64,000 nucleotides of DNA, from contig CAWDEM010000008.1 of the NCBI GenBank assembly GCA_963801355.1, forward strand, positions 1,216,001-1,280,000. The letters run 5' to 3'. Under the pieces are notes generated by a model. The model was not told the DNA's origin, did not search any database, and worked only from the letters and a program-made list of their open reading frames with translations. This document shows, one piece after another, positions 19,401 to 29,275 of this stretch. Positions within the stretch are counted from its first letter, which is position 1, and each line of letters starts with the position of its first letter. The translations under genes were made by a program, and so were the position numbers. The stretch comes from Ignavibacteriota bacterium. Lineage in GTDB: Bacteria; Bacteroidota; Ignavibacteria; UBA10030; UBA6906.

Positions 19401-20718
19401 CTTACGTTCAATGATTGAATCGTTGCACTTGGAGACTCCTGCGGTGCCGCACGAGGTAACGGAGAGAACAACGACCCGGCTGTTCCTTCAGGAGGACAGA
19501 AGGAGGACAATTCTGATCCCTCACTTCTCTCCGTTCTATTCCGCATTCATCACCGGCGCTCTGGAAGCGAGGGGATATTCGGTAGCCGATCTTCCTCCCA
19601 CAGATGCGGAATCCGCGCGGCTGGGTCTGCGCTACACAAACAACGAAATCTGTTACCCCGCCATTCTGGTGGTTGGCGACATGATCAAGGCCCTGCAATC
19701 GGGGCGCTACCGGACATCCGATGTTGCCGTCGGGTTGACACAAACGGGCGGGCAATGCAGGGCGTCAAACTATGCCCCGCTGATCAAGAAAGCGTTGATC
19801 TCCGCCGGATTTGCGGATGTACCGGTGGTGACAGTGTCAACCTCCGGTCAGTCGCAGAACGAACAACCGGGTTTCTCTCTGAAATTGCGACAGTTCCTGG
19901 TTGACGGATTCTGGGGGATTGTCTCCGGCGATGCCCTTTCTCAGATGTATTACTCCACCGCCGCCCGTGAACTGCGCAAGGGGGATGCGATCCGCGCAGC
20001 GCGGAAGTACATTACGATGGCTGACAATCTCCTGCAGCATCACGAAATCCACGGCATACCCGCGTTGCTGGGGTCGGCTGCAGAGGAATACAACCGTATC
20101 CCCGTGGACGACAGCCCGCTGCCACGCATCGGCATCGTTGGAGAGATCTATGTGAAGTACAACGATTTTAGCAACAACTCCATGGTTGAGTGGCTGCACG
20201 ATCATCAGGTCGAGGTCGCGCTGCCGCCGTTGATCAATTTCTTCATACAGGGGTTCGTCAACGTTGATTCGGACACGAGGCTGCATCTGGCCCGGAAGGA
20301 TTTCTCCGGGCTGATTGCCCGCCTGGGCGAGAAGGTGGTGCGCAGACAACTCGAGCGCGTCGATGATGTGCTTCACCGGTACAAGCGCTATGTACCCCAA
20401 TCGCCGATCCGCGATCTTGCAGCAAGGGCATCCCGCATCGTCAGCCTGGCTGATCAGTTCGGAGAAGGGTGGCTCATCCCGGCCGATATCAGCGAGCTTG
20501 CGGAGCGGGGTGTACACAACGTGTTGTGCCTCCAACCTTTCGGCTGCATTGCCAATCACATCGTTGCAAAGGGTGTTGAAAAGAGATTGCGGGAGCTCTA
20601 CCCGCAGCTCAACCTGCTCTATCTTGACATGGATCCGGGCGCCGGTGAGGCGAACCTGCTGAATCGCCTGCACTTCATCGTCCAGGGTGCGAAGGAATGC
20701 GCGGAAAGCGCCGCGTGA
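16464..20718 (+). CDS. 2-hydroxyacyl-CoA dehydratase activase-like protein (two BadF/G ATPase domains plus DUF2229-type region), frameshift near 18057
   Basis: [44 protein letters not shown]; then [25 protein letters not shown]. Removing one base restores [24 protein letters not shown] promoter box upstream. Confidence 0.85.
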
Positions 20719-20768
20719 TCTACCCCGGTATCCAAACATTTCGTATATTTCCGGTTGATGCTGCGGAG

Positions 20769-21821
20769 ATGCCCTTGACGTCCGATCGCAAAGTCGGGAT
20801 TGGCGCTTTCTTTCTCGGTTCCCTCCTGGTGTTCATCCTCAAGACCACGGTTGAGCTCCTCAATCCGGAATTCATGTCTCTCCTCCATCCCGCCCTGCAT
20901 ATCGGATTCAACCTGATCGATGCGGTGACGGTTAACCTTATCATCGGCGTGATCACCAACTGGCTCAACATAGGCCTCGAACTTCACCTCTCGTGGCGCG
21001 CGGTGCCTGTGAAACGCTTTCTCGTTCAAGCGCTCATTACCGGTCTGTTGGCATTTCTTGTCATTGCACTCATCGCTCCCCTGGCGTTCAATTTTGTTGT
21101 CCCGTATGCCGATCCGGCCGCTGCGCGGCAACGGACGTTCATCATCGGGACTATCACGGCGATGATGATGAGCAGCTTCTACACGGCGGTCTACTTTTTC
21201 AATCAGTGGGGCCACTGGGCGGCGGAAGCGGAGAGGCTCAAGCGAGAGAATCTGCACGCGCAATTCAGCACCCTGAAAACTCAGGTCAATCCCCATTTCC
21301 TGTTCAACAGTCTGAGCGCGCTTGCCGACCTGATTCCCGAGGATCAACGGAAGGCCGGCGAGTTTGTGCACAACCTTGCGAGCGTGTACCGCTATATCCT
21401 GCAATCGATGGAAGATGACATTGTCGATCTCGGCACGGACCTGGACGCAATGCACGCATACGTGTTCCTGCAGCAGACGCGGTTCGGCGAGAATCTCAAG
21501 GTGGATGTGCATATACGCGATGAGTATAAGACTCTTGGTGTCGCGCCGCTGACACTCCAGATGCTTCTGGAGAACGCCATCAAGCATAATATTGTCTCGA
21601 CCGAACAGCCCCTCACGATCGACGTCACAGCAACGGAAAACGAAACGCTTGTCGTGAGGAACAGGATACAGAAGAAGAGTTCCGTGGAAGAGACGACGCA
21701 ATTGGGCCTGCGAAACCTCGTGAACCGATACGCGCTGCTCGGCAGGAAGACGGTCGGAATTCTTGATACCAGTGCGGAGTTTGTTGTGACCATTCCCCTC
21801 CTGGATCGCGGGACCGTATGA
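20769..21821 (+). CDS. LytS-family sensor histidine kinase
   Basis: N-terminal TM helices, QVNPHFLFNSL, LLENAIKHN, LGLRNL. Confidence 0.88.
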   Translation: MPLTSDRKVGIGAFFLGSLLVFILKTTVELLNPEFMSLLHPALHIGFNLIDAVTVNLIIGVITNWLNIGLELHLSWRAVPVKRFLVQALITGLLAFLVIALIAPLAFNFVVPYADPAAARQRTFIIGTITAMMMSSFYTAVYFFNQWGHWAAEAERLKRENLHAQFSTLKTQVNPHFLFNSLSALADLIPEDQRKAGEFVHNLASVYRYILQSMEDDIVDLGTDLDAMHAYVFLQQTRFGENLKVDVHIRDEYKTLGVAPLTLQMLLENAIKHNIVSTEQPLTIDVTATENETLVVRNRIQKKSSVEETTQLGLRNLVNRYALLGRKTVGILDTSAEFVVTIPLLDRGTV

Positions 21822-22585
21822 ACATTCTTATCGTGGAAGACGAACCGCGCGCCGCCCGCAACCTTCAGGGCATGTTGCAGCAGATCGATGCGTCCATCGA
21901 CGTGCCGGCGCGCCTCGAGAGCATCGCGGCAACGGTCCGATGGCTGCAGCAACACCCCCCGCCGGATCTCATCTTGATGGACATACAGCTCGCCGACGGT
22001 CTGAGTTTCGAGATATTCAACCAGACCGAGGTCAATGCACCGGTGATATTTACCACGGCATACGATGAATATGCGATCCGGGCCTTCAAAGTGAACAGCA
22101 TTGATTATCTTCTGAAGCCGGTGAGGCGGGAAGACCTTGCCAGGGCATTGCAGAAGTGGGAGAAGCTGAAGCATCAGTATGCCATGGGTGGCGGGATGCA
22201 TGCGGTTGAGTCGATGCTGGCGGATCTGCTGCAGAACCAGCATCGGTACCGATCCCGTTTTCTCGTCAAGTCCGGTCAGACATTCGTCAGCGTTCCGGTG
22301 AAGGAAGTTGCCTACTTCTTCACTGACCGGAAGCTCACCTTCCTCATGACGCAGCAAGGAAAGAAACATATCGTCGCAGACCCATTGGACAGGTTGGGAG
22401 AGCAACTCGATCCGAGGCGTTTCTACCGGCTAAATCGTGGATTCCTGGCGAGCCTCGATTCCATTGGGAGCGTGTCAACGTATTACACCGGCAAATTGAA
22501 GCTGCGCCTGAAACCGCCTGTTGAGGGTGATGTGGTGGTGAGCCGGGAGAAGGCTACTGCGTTCAAGCAGTGGCTGGATCAATAG
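21818..22585 (+). CDS. LytTR-family response regulator
   Basis: IVEDE, MDIQL, FTTAYDEYA, YLLKP; LytTR domain FYRLNRG, VSRE. Confidence 0.9.
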   Translation: MNILIVEDEPRAARNLQGMLQQIDASIDVPARLESIAATVRWLQQHPPPDLILMDIQLADGLSFEIFNQTEVNAPVIFTTAYDEYAIRAFKVNSIDYLLKPVRREDLARALQKWEKLKHQYAMGGGMHAVESMLADLLQNQHRYRSRFLVKSGQTFVSVPVKEVAYFFTDRKLTFLMTQQGKKHIVADPLDRLGEQLDPRRFYRLNRGFLASLDSIGSVSTYYTGKLKLRLKPPVEGDVVVSREKATAFKQWLDQ

Positions 22586-22590
22586 AGTGG

Positions 22591-22686
22591 ACGGATTGAG
22601 GGGCGGATTGAGGGGTCAGACACCGCGACAATTGTGGATTGTGAATCGACTATCCACAATTGACAATCGGTCCGTGTCCTGACCCT
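22591..22686. repeat. REP-like palindromes plus six 7-bp units
   Basis: CGGATTGAGGGG x2; GGGGTCAGACACC at 22612-22624; heptamers at 22629-22670; GTGTCCTGACCCT at 22674-22686. Confidence 0.7.
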
Positions 22687-22759
22687 TACGGGGTTTGACT
22701 GCATCTCATCATCACGAATCCATACCCTTAACAGTCTTCACAAACCTCAGGAATTGCAC

Positions 22760-22969
22760 ATGAAGAAGAACGTGGGCACCGCCGACCGGGCCATCCGCAC
22801 ACTTGCGGCAATTGTCTTGGCCATTCTGATACTCACCGGCACAGTGACCGGCACGACTGCGATCGTGCTGGGCGTGGTGGCTGCCGTGCTCCTTCTCACG
22901 AGTATGGTGAGCATCTGCCCCCTCTACATGGCGCTCAACCTTTCGACGAACAAGAAGCCGCAGGCGTAG
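22760..22969 (+). CDS. DUF2892 / YgaP-like small membrane protein
   Basis: MKKNVGTADR..R..CPLY..L.LST signature. Confidence 0.88.
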   Translation: MKKNVGTADRAIRTLAAIVLAILILTGTVTGTTAIVLGVVAAVLLLTSMVSICPLYMALNLSTNKKPQA

Positions 22970-22989
22970 GCCTGCAGTCGGGGGGAGTC

Positions 22990-23049
22990 GGGGCCTGGCC
23001 GGGCCTGACCCGACCAGGTCCCGATTATGTAGACATGGGGTCAGACCTC
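22990..23049. repeat. REP-like palindromes
   Basis: GGGGCCTGGCC, GGGCCTGACCCG and GGGGTCAGACCTC. A further variant, GGGTTAAGACCCC, lies at 23310-23322. Confidence 0.6.
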
Positions 23050-23110
23050 TTTGCACGTCCGTCTGTTCCCATGCAAGATTACGATGACCAGAAGCTGGAG
23101 GCAATAAGGG

Positions 23111-23308
23111 ATGAAGAAACCCACACTGAAGCAGGTCGCGTGGATCGCCGCAGGCGCGGTAGGCGGGTTTGCATGGTATTACTACGTCGGCTGCGTCACG
23201 GGGACCTGCCCTATCAGTTCAAACCCGTACATCAGCACGGGCTATGGAGCCCTGGTAGGAGCACTCGGCTCGGGGGTCTTCTCACGGCCGGCCAAAAGAA
23301 CAGAATGA
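23111..23308 (+). CDS. DUF6132-like small membrane protein
   Basis: GGFAWYYYVGCVTGTCPISSNPYISTGYGALVG signature. Confidence 0.8.
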   Translation: MKKPTLKQVAWIAAGAVGGFAWYYYVGCVTGTCPISSNPYISTGYGALVGALGSGVFSRPAKRTE

Positions 23309-23487
23309 TGGGTTAAGACCCCAGCCGCCTTTCCTGCATCTCCTCAAGAAAGCAACTCAGGATATTCACTGTTCCTGAGATGCAGGCTTTCTTAGCGCTC
23401 GGCGCTCCTTGACTTTGTCTCAAGCACCCCCAATATTGAACCTGACTCAAGTCTCTGATCCCCCCAACCCAGACTACAGAGACATCA

Positions 23488-26379
23488 ATGTCCAGGGCGC
23501 GTTCCACACACTCCCATGTTTCTTTCGCCGTGGGCGTGCTCGTTGCGGCCGCCCAATTTCTCGCATCCCTCGTCTACACCCAGACATTTCCTTTCCAGAA
23601 GTACACAACTGCTGAAGGCCTCAGCCACGCAGCCGTGCGGAAGGTCTTTCAGGATTCCCGCGGGTTGCTCTGGTTTGGCACACAGAGGGGTGTGGACAGC
23701 TATGACGGGCGAAAGTTCACAGAACATCTGCAAAGCGGTTCGATCCCCTGCCCGGTGCACGACATTTTTGAGGACAGATCAGGTTCGCTCTGGATTGCCA
23801 CATATGGGTCCGGCCTGCGACAACTCCTTCCTGCGGGTCCGCGGAACCTACTGCAAGCGTACTCCGACAGCTGCCTGCAACACAATGTCACCGCGATTGC
23901 CGGTGATTCACTCGGCAACATCTGGATCGGATCGGATGACGGCCTGTTCGTTCTTCCCCACGACAATCGGAGGTTCCACATAGAAGGCTTCGAACAGGCA
24001 GGTGAGATCTATGCCATCGCCGTCGATGCCAACCGCACCGTCTGGGTCGGTGCGCAAGGTGGTCTGTACACCGGACACGCCGGGTCCACCCCTGATGTGA
24101 CATTTCGTATCATTCTCCGGAGGCCCACACGTTCACTCCTCCTGCTGCGGAATGGGGATATGCTTGCGGGAGCGTCCGGGGGCAATGACGACCGGTATGG
24201 ATTTGTATGTCGCTTCCGTGGAGGAACACACGACACTCTTCTCTCCTATCCAATGACGAAGAGTCTCATCAAGCCACAGAGCCTGTTGGAAGATGTTGAG
24301 GGAACACTCTGGATCGGGACCGAATACGGACTCTACATGATCAAAGACCGGAAGGTTACGCACCTCCGGACACAGAACGGACTGCAGAACGAAAATATTT
24401 ATGATATCATGCAGGATCGTGAAGGCACTATGTGGTTTGGTACGGAAAACGGCGTGCTCAAACTCGCCCGGCCCATCGTCATCAACTACGGCATGAAGGA
24501 GGGGTTGACAGGGTACGTTGTTCTTTCGGGACTCAAGTCCCGCGATGGCGCACTCTGGTGCGGGATGTGGAACGGACTGAATCGCATCGATCCCCAGGGG
24601 CTGGTCAGTCATTGGGATCAGGCAAGCGGGCTGCCACACCATACGGTGCGCACAATCGCCGAAGAACGCGGCGGCAGAATACTGGTCGGTACGCTCCGTG
24701 GCCTCGCGACAGTAACCGAACAGCGCGTGTCGCGTGTGCGGATCAAAGGATTGCCTGAACCGCTGGATGTCTGGTCCATCTACTGCGAATCCGACAACAC
24801 CACCTGGATCGGCGGCAGCGGAAGGCTGTTTAAAACCGGCGCAGGCTCCCTTGAGTACGAAGTGAACTTCGGAGAAGGCGTTGAGGCCGAGGCCGTGCAG
24901 GTGCAATGCCGCGACAGGAGGGGCCGTCTCTGGGTCCTGGCAGACGGCCGCCCGGCCTATCTCAGTACAGATGGAGAGGTGGCATTTGTGGCGAGCACCG
25001 GTGATTCACTGCGTCCACCGATCCACTCAATTTACGAAGACACGAGAGGGACGCTCTGGTTCTGTGGTAGCACTGGGGTAGCACTTCTGGAAGGCGACTC
25101 GCTTCGCCACCCTACCAGCACCGAGTCTCCACCCATCACTAATCCCGTCTACTTCGTTCTCGAAACAAGCGGCTGCAGATGGTTTGGAACCGATCACGGC
25201 GTCCTGTCATGGGACGGCGAGAGTGCAAGACAGCTCACCGCTGCAGATGGGCTCGCGTCGGACATCGTGCGCTTTGGATGGAAGGGAGAGGACGAGACTT
25301 TGTGGCTCGGCACCCACGGCGGGGTCTCGGTGCTGGACTCCGCCAGCGTGTCATATGTAGCCCCGGTACCCGACATCTATCTCGATTCAGTGCTTGCTGG
25401 TGATGGCACCCAACCCCTTAAGGAACAATCTGCAATTCCGTACGACGATCGCACGGTCGTCTTCCGCTTCAATGCCCTCAGCTACATCGCAGAGCGCGAG
25501 ATGCAGTTCCAGTGGATGGTGGAGGGATTTGACAGAGGTTGGCAGGAGCCGCGTAAAGAGCGCCAGGTGAGATACACGAACCTCGGACCGGGTTCCTACA
25601 TTTTCAGCGTGCGCGCCGCCAACAGAAACGGGCAATGGTCAACCCCTGCCGGCTATGCCTTCGTGATTCAGCCACCTTGGTGGCGCGCCTGGTGGTTCAT
25701 CGCGCTTTGTATGATGGTTGCCGGATCTGTGCTGACGGTGGCATACCGCTTCCGTGTAGAACAGCTCCTGAAGATGGAGCGGATGCGGAGGCGCATTGCT
25801 GCAGACCTGCACGACGACATCGCATCTTCGTTGTCCAGCGTAGGCATTTATGCCTCCGTCATCCAGCAGCAGCTCCGGGAAATTCCTGCAGAGATGAGCG
25901 TTTTGCTGGATCGCATCCGGGAGCTCTCTCGCGAGAGCATGGAAAACATCGGGCTCATTGTCTGGTCAGTCGATCCACACCGGGACGAGTTGACCGAGGT
26001 CTTCCGCTTTTTCCAACGCTATGCTGCACAGCTCTGTCAGGCGGCAGGAGTTGAGTTCTCAACGAAGCTGCCGGAGGGAGTGACGTCGGTTCTTCTCACA
26101 CCGGAACAGAGACGCACAATCTTTCTCGTCCTTAAGGAATCATTGAACAACGCTTTGCGCCATTCCCGCTGCACCAGGATCGATTTCGTCTGTTCACTTG
26201 ACGGACACTCCCTGCGACTCGCGTTAACAGACAATGGCTGCGGGTTCAGCGGTACTGCAACGGGGGGGCACGGGTTGCACAACATGCGCTCCAGGGCGGA
26301 ATCTATCCGCGCCCATGTTGAGGTCACTTCTGCTCCCGGTGGAGGTACCACCGTCGCACTCACGCTCAGAATAGCATAA
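23488..26379 (+). CDS. Ligand-binding sensor histidine kinase (Reg_prop propellers, Y_Y_Y, HisKA_3)
   Basis: Repeated QDSRGLLWFGT-like blades, YTNLGPGSYIFSVRA, a TM helix, IAADLHDDI, ESLNNALRHS, DNGCGF, GHGL. Confidence 0.9.
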   Translation: MSRARSTHSHVSFAVGVLVAAAQFLASLVYTQTFPFQKYTTAEGLSHAAVRKVFQDSRGLLWFGTQRGVDSYDGRKFTEHLQSGSIPCPVHDIFEDRSGSLWIATYGSGLRQLLPAGPRNLLQAYSDSCLQHNVTAIAGDSLGNIWIGSDDGLFVLPHDNRRFHIEGFEQAGEIYAIAVDANRTVWVGAQGGLYTGHAGSTPDVTFRIILRRPTRSLLLLRNGDMLAGASGGNDDRYGFVCRFRGGTHDTLLSYPMTKSLIKPQSLLEDVEGTLWIGTEYGLYMIKDRKVTHLRTQNGLQNENIYDIMQDREGTMWFGTENGVLKLARPIVINYGMKEGLTGYVVLSGLKSRDGALWCGMWNGLNRIDPQGLVSHWDQASGLPHHTVRTIAEERGGRILVGTLRGLATVTEQRVSRVRIKGLPEPLDVWSIYCESDNTTWIGGSGRLFKTGAGSLEYEVNFGEGVEAEAVQVQCRDRRGRLWVLADGRPAYLSTDGEVAFVASTGDSLRPPIHSIYEDTRGTLWFCGSTGVALLEGDSLRHPTSTESPPITNPVYFVLETSGCRWFGTDHGVLSWDGESARQLTAADGLASDIVRFGWKGEDETLWLGTHGGVSVLDSASVSYVAPVPDIYLDSVLAGDGTQPLKEQSAIPYDDRTVVFRFNALSYIAEREMQFQWMVEGFDRGWQEPRKERQVRYTNLGPGSYIFSVRAANRNGQWSTPAGYAFVIQPPWWRAWWFIALCMMVAGSVLTVAYRFRVEQLLKMERMRRRIAADLHDDIASSLSSVGIYASVIQQQLREIPAEMSVLLDRIRELSRESMENIGLIVWSVDPHRDELTEVFRFFQRYAAQLCQAAGVEFSTKLPEGVTSVLLTPEQRRTIFLVLKESLNNALRHSRCTRIDFVCSLDGHSLRLALTDNGCGFSGTATGGHGLHNMRSRAESIRAHVEVTSAPGGGTTVALTLRIA

Positions 26380-26389
26380 ATATGCCATA
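26370..26389. promoter_or_regulatory. Putative response-regulator operator (imperfect 9-2-9)
   Basis: AATAGCATA-AA-TATGCCATA, similar to the perfect copy at 27131. Confidence 0.4.
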
Positions 26390-26444
26390 GCATTGGATGG
26401 CTCCCATGGGTATCTTGCCGTCACACACCAACAATCCCAGAGCG

Positions 26445-27083
26445 ATGAGCCCAATAGAAGTAGCTGTCGTGGAAGACCATCCGGATCTCCGGAAAAGCCT
26501 CAGCTTGATTCTTGCCGCAACGCCCGGCTATGCGTGCGCCGGCAGCTACGAACGTTGCGAGGAGTTGCTCGGTGAACTCCCCTCCATTCACCCTCAAGTG
26601 ATCCTGATGGACATCGGGCTTCCGGGAATGTCGGGCATCGAGGGGATTCAACGCGTTAAGGCCCTGCGGTCCGAGATCAAGATCCTCGTTCAGACGATCT
26701 ATGAGGATGACAAGAATGTCTTCCAGGCAATCTGTGCAGGGGCTGACGGGTACGTATTGAAGAAAGCCCCTCCGCTGGAGCTGCTGCAGGCGATCGAACA
26801 GGTCGTAGAAGGAGGAGTTCCCATGAGCCCCTCTATTGCGCACAATGTTATCAAAATGTTCAAGGATTTTGCGCCAAAACAGGAGCAGGGTGTGGGCCTC
26901 ACGGCACGCGAACATGAATTGTTGAAGTCCCTGGCAGATGGGCTGGACTACAAGCAGATCGCCGAGCGTCACTACATCAGCACTGACACTGTCCGTAACC
27001 ACATCCGCCACATCTACGAGAAGCTGCACGTCCATTCCAAGTCGGAGGCCGTCGCCAAGGCCTTCCGCCGACACCTGGTCTAG
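26445..27083 (+). CDS. NarL/LuxR-family response regulator
   Basis: VVEDH, MDIGLPGMSG, GADGYVLK, LTARE..YKQIA..TVRNHIRHIYEKLHV. Confidence 0.92.
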   Translation: MSPIEVAVVEDHPDLRKSLSLILAATPGYACAGSYERCEELLGELPSIHPQVILMDIGLPGMSGIEGIQRVKALRSEIKILVQTIYEDDKNVFQAICAGADGYVLKKAPPLELLQAIEQVVEGGVPMSPSIAHNVIKMFKDFAPKQEQGVGLTAREHELLKSLADGLDYKQIAERHYISTDTVRNHIRHIYEKLHVHSKSEAVAKAFRRHLV

Positions 27084-27130
27084 CACCTCCTCCCGCATAC
27101 CTCCGACTCCTCCTCCAATTATTGACGAGA

Positions 27131-27179
27131 AATGGCACATCTGTGCCATTGTGCGTCCATACACTACATGCTACCTTTG
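27131..27179 (+). promoter_or_regulatory. Perfect 9-2-9 inverted repeat plus TAnnTTTG promoter box
   Basis: AATGGCACA-TC-TGTGCCATT at 27131-27150; TACCTTTG at 27172-27179. Confidence 0.6.
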
Positions 27180-27229
27180 ATGCGTCATCAAGGATGTGAG
27201 CCTTTTTCTTCTTCGTCGGGAGGTGTGTC

Positions 27230-29245
27230 ATGAACGCACCACTGCGCGGGTGGAGAGTCACGGCGTGCGTGCTGATTTGTATCGCCGGCATCGGACAAAG
27301 CTCTCATGGAACGGATGATCCGGTGCTGTATTTCTCCGATATCGCGAGCGGACCTCGCACCGGCAACACCGATGTCTCACTCGGTCAGATCTCCGGCCAG
27401 GACGGCGCGATTGTGACGATTTGGGGTAGAAACTTTGGTGCTCCCGGAACGGCCACGGTCACCTGCAACGGCGCAACAGCGGCATACTATTACGCACAAG
27501 AGAATGCCACACGGCCGGCCAATCTCACGACGTACCATCGCATGGAGATGATTTCTTTCCAGATCCGGAATACAGCACAGGACGGGTTTGGCTCCATCAC
27601 CGTTGTCGTAAACGGCAAACAATCCAATACCCTCCCCTTCACCGTCCGTCCGGGAAATATCTACTATGTGAAAAGCACAGGGAGCGACGTAACGGGAAAC
27701 GGAACGTGGGCGAATCCGTGGCAGACCATCGCCGCCGCAAAGGACTCCATCGTGCCGGGAGACATCGTCTACGTTTGCAATGGCGTGCATCAGGTGACGG
27801 AGACTGAATACGGCGCATGCGTGAACCTCGGCACACATGGTGAACCCGGAAAGCCAAAGGCGCTCGTGGTGTATCCCGGTGCAACAGCTATGGTTGGCAA
27901 CGACTCTCTCTATTATGCCTTCCAGTCATTCTATGCGGATACCGGAGGGAGTTCGCGCCACTGGGTTGTCGCCAAGTTCACAGTCCGGACTGCAGGCGTG
28001 AGCGTTCCCGCGCAGACCGGATATCGCGTGATCGGCAACCTGATGACGGCTCCGAACGGCGACGGAGCCGATGCCGCCATCACCGTGGAAGGTGACAGCG
28101 TAGTCGTCGCCGGCAATGAGCTGGACAATGTGGGGAGACCGGACTGCGACAAACTCTACCACGGGATTTACGGCAAAGGATTCCGCACCGATGTGCCTCC
28201 CCGTGCGCCGACAGAATCCGAACGGGAGATCGCATGGAACTACATTCACGATTGCCAATCCGACCGCGCCATCGACCTCTACAGCGAACAGCCATTCTCT
28301 GCGTTTATACAACGGCACAGAATCCACGATAATGTCATCATCAATCAGCATGGCGACGGGATTCTGATCGGCTATTACGTCGTCGGGGAAAACTGGATCT
28401 ACAATAACCTCATCGTGAGGGCGGGACTTGGCCCGGAGTGGGCCGGCGGTGAGGCATCTTCTCACGCGGGAATCCGGATCGATTGCGGACACGAAACGGG
28501 GCCTGCCACTACTATCTATTGCTACAACAATACGCTCGTTGCGTGCGGATGGCCGGGTGCGGTCTGGCATGAGGAGAGCGGGCACTTGTACGTAAGTCCT
28601 CTTGCACTTTCGCGCGCAACAACAGTGGACTTCCGGAACAACATCATCCTCTCCGGAGGTGAACCGTACGCCGCAGAAGCCTCCGGCACGATGCCATCCG
28701 GAAACCACAATAACTGTTGGTACGGTGCGGGGAGCGCCCCACCGTGGGACCTCAATGCCATCAATGCCCCTCCTGTGTTTGCAGACACCAACACCAGCGA
28801 CTTTCGCCTGGCCCCCGGAAGCCCGTGCATCAACACTGGACAGGATGTCTCAACGGTGGTGGGGCGGGATCTCCTGGGAACGCCGCGTCCGCAGGGCCCT
28901 TCGTTCGACCTCGGGGTCTACGAATCTGAATCCGCCGTGGCAGTCGGCATGTCCGGAAACGACACGGAAGCGTATCTCCTCACACCGTGCTATCCGAATC
29001 CGTTTAATCCGTCTACAACGATTTCTTTTGCGCTGCCTCAACGGACCCGCGTTCAGCTCTCGATCGTCGATGCAATCGGGCGGCTGGTCCGGACACTCCT
29101 CGACGACAATCGATCAGCGGGAACACACACCGTCGTATGGGATGGCAGCAACTCACAGGGCGTCCCAGCCGCAGCCGGCGTCTACTTCTGCCGCATGCGT
29201 ACCGGCAGCTGGCAGGCCACAGAACAATTGCTCTTGATCCACTGA
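27230..29245 (+). CDS. Secreted beta-helix (pectate-lyase-like) protein with Ig/IPT domain and T9SS/FlgD-type C-terminal domain
   Basis: Signal peptide; IVTIWGRNFG; NPWQTI..PGDIVYV; parallel beta-helix repeats; DFRLAPGSPCINTG..FDLGVYE; YPNPFNPSTTI..WDG..GVYF. Confidence 0.85.
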   Translation: MNAPLRGWRVTACVLICIAGIGQSSHGTDDPVLYFSDIASGPRTGNTDVSLGQISGQDGAIVTIWGRNFGAPGTATVTCNGATAAYYYAQENATRPANLTTYHRMEMISFQIRNTAQDGFGSITVVVNGKQSNTLPFTVRPGNIYYVKSTGSDVTGNGTWANPWQTIAAAKDSIVPGDIVYVCNGVHQVTETEYGACVNLGTHGEPGKPKALVVYPGATAMVGNDSLYYAFQSFYADTGGSSRHWVVAKFTVRTAGVSVPAQTGYRVIGNLMTAPNGDGADAAITVEGDSVVVAGNELDNVGRPDCDKLYHGIYGKGFRTDVPPRAPTESEREIAWNYIHDCQSDRAIDLYSEQPFSAFIQRHRIHDNVIINQHGDGILIGYYVVGENWIYNNLIVRAGLGPEWAGGEASSHAGIRIDCGHETGPATTIYCYNNTLVACGWPGAVWHEESGHLYVSPLALSRATTVDFRNNIILSGGEPYAAEASGTMPSGNHNNCWYGAGSAPPWDLNAINAPPVFADTNTSDFRLAPGSPCINTGQDVSTVVGRDLLGTPRPQGPSFDLGVYESESAVAVGMSGNDTEAYLLTPCYPNPFNPSTTISFALPQRTRVQLSIVDAIGRLVRTLLDDNRSAGTHTVVWDGSNSQGVPAAAGVYFCRMRTGSWQATEQLLLIH

Positions 29246-29275
29246 TCAGGCTGTGTCAATATGAACGGAGGCATC

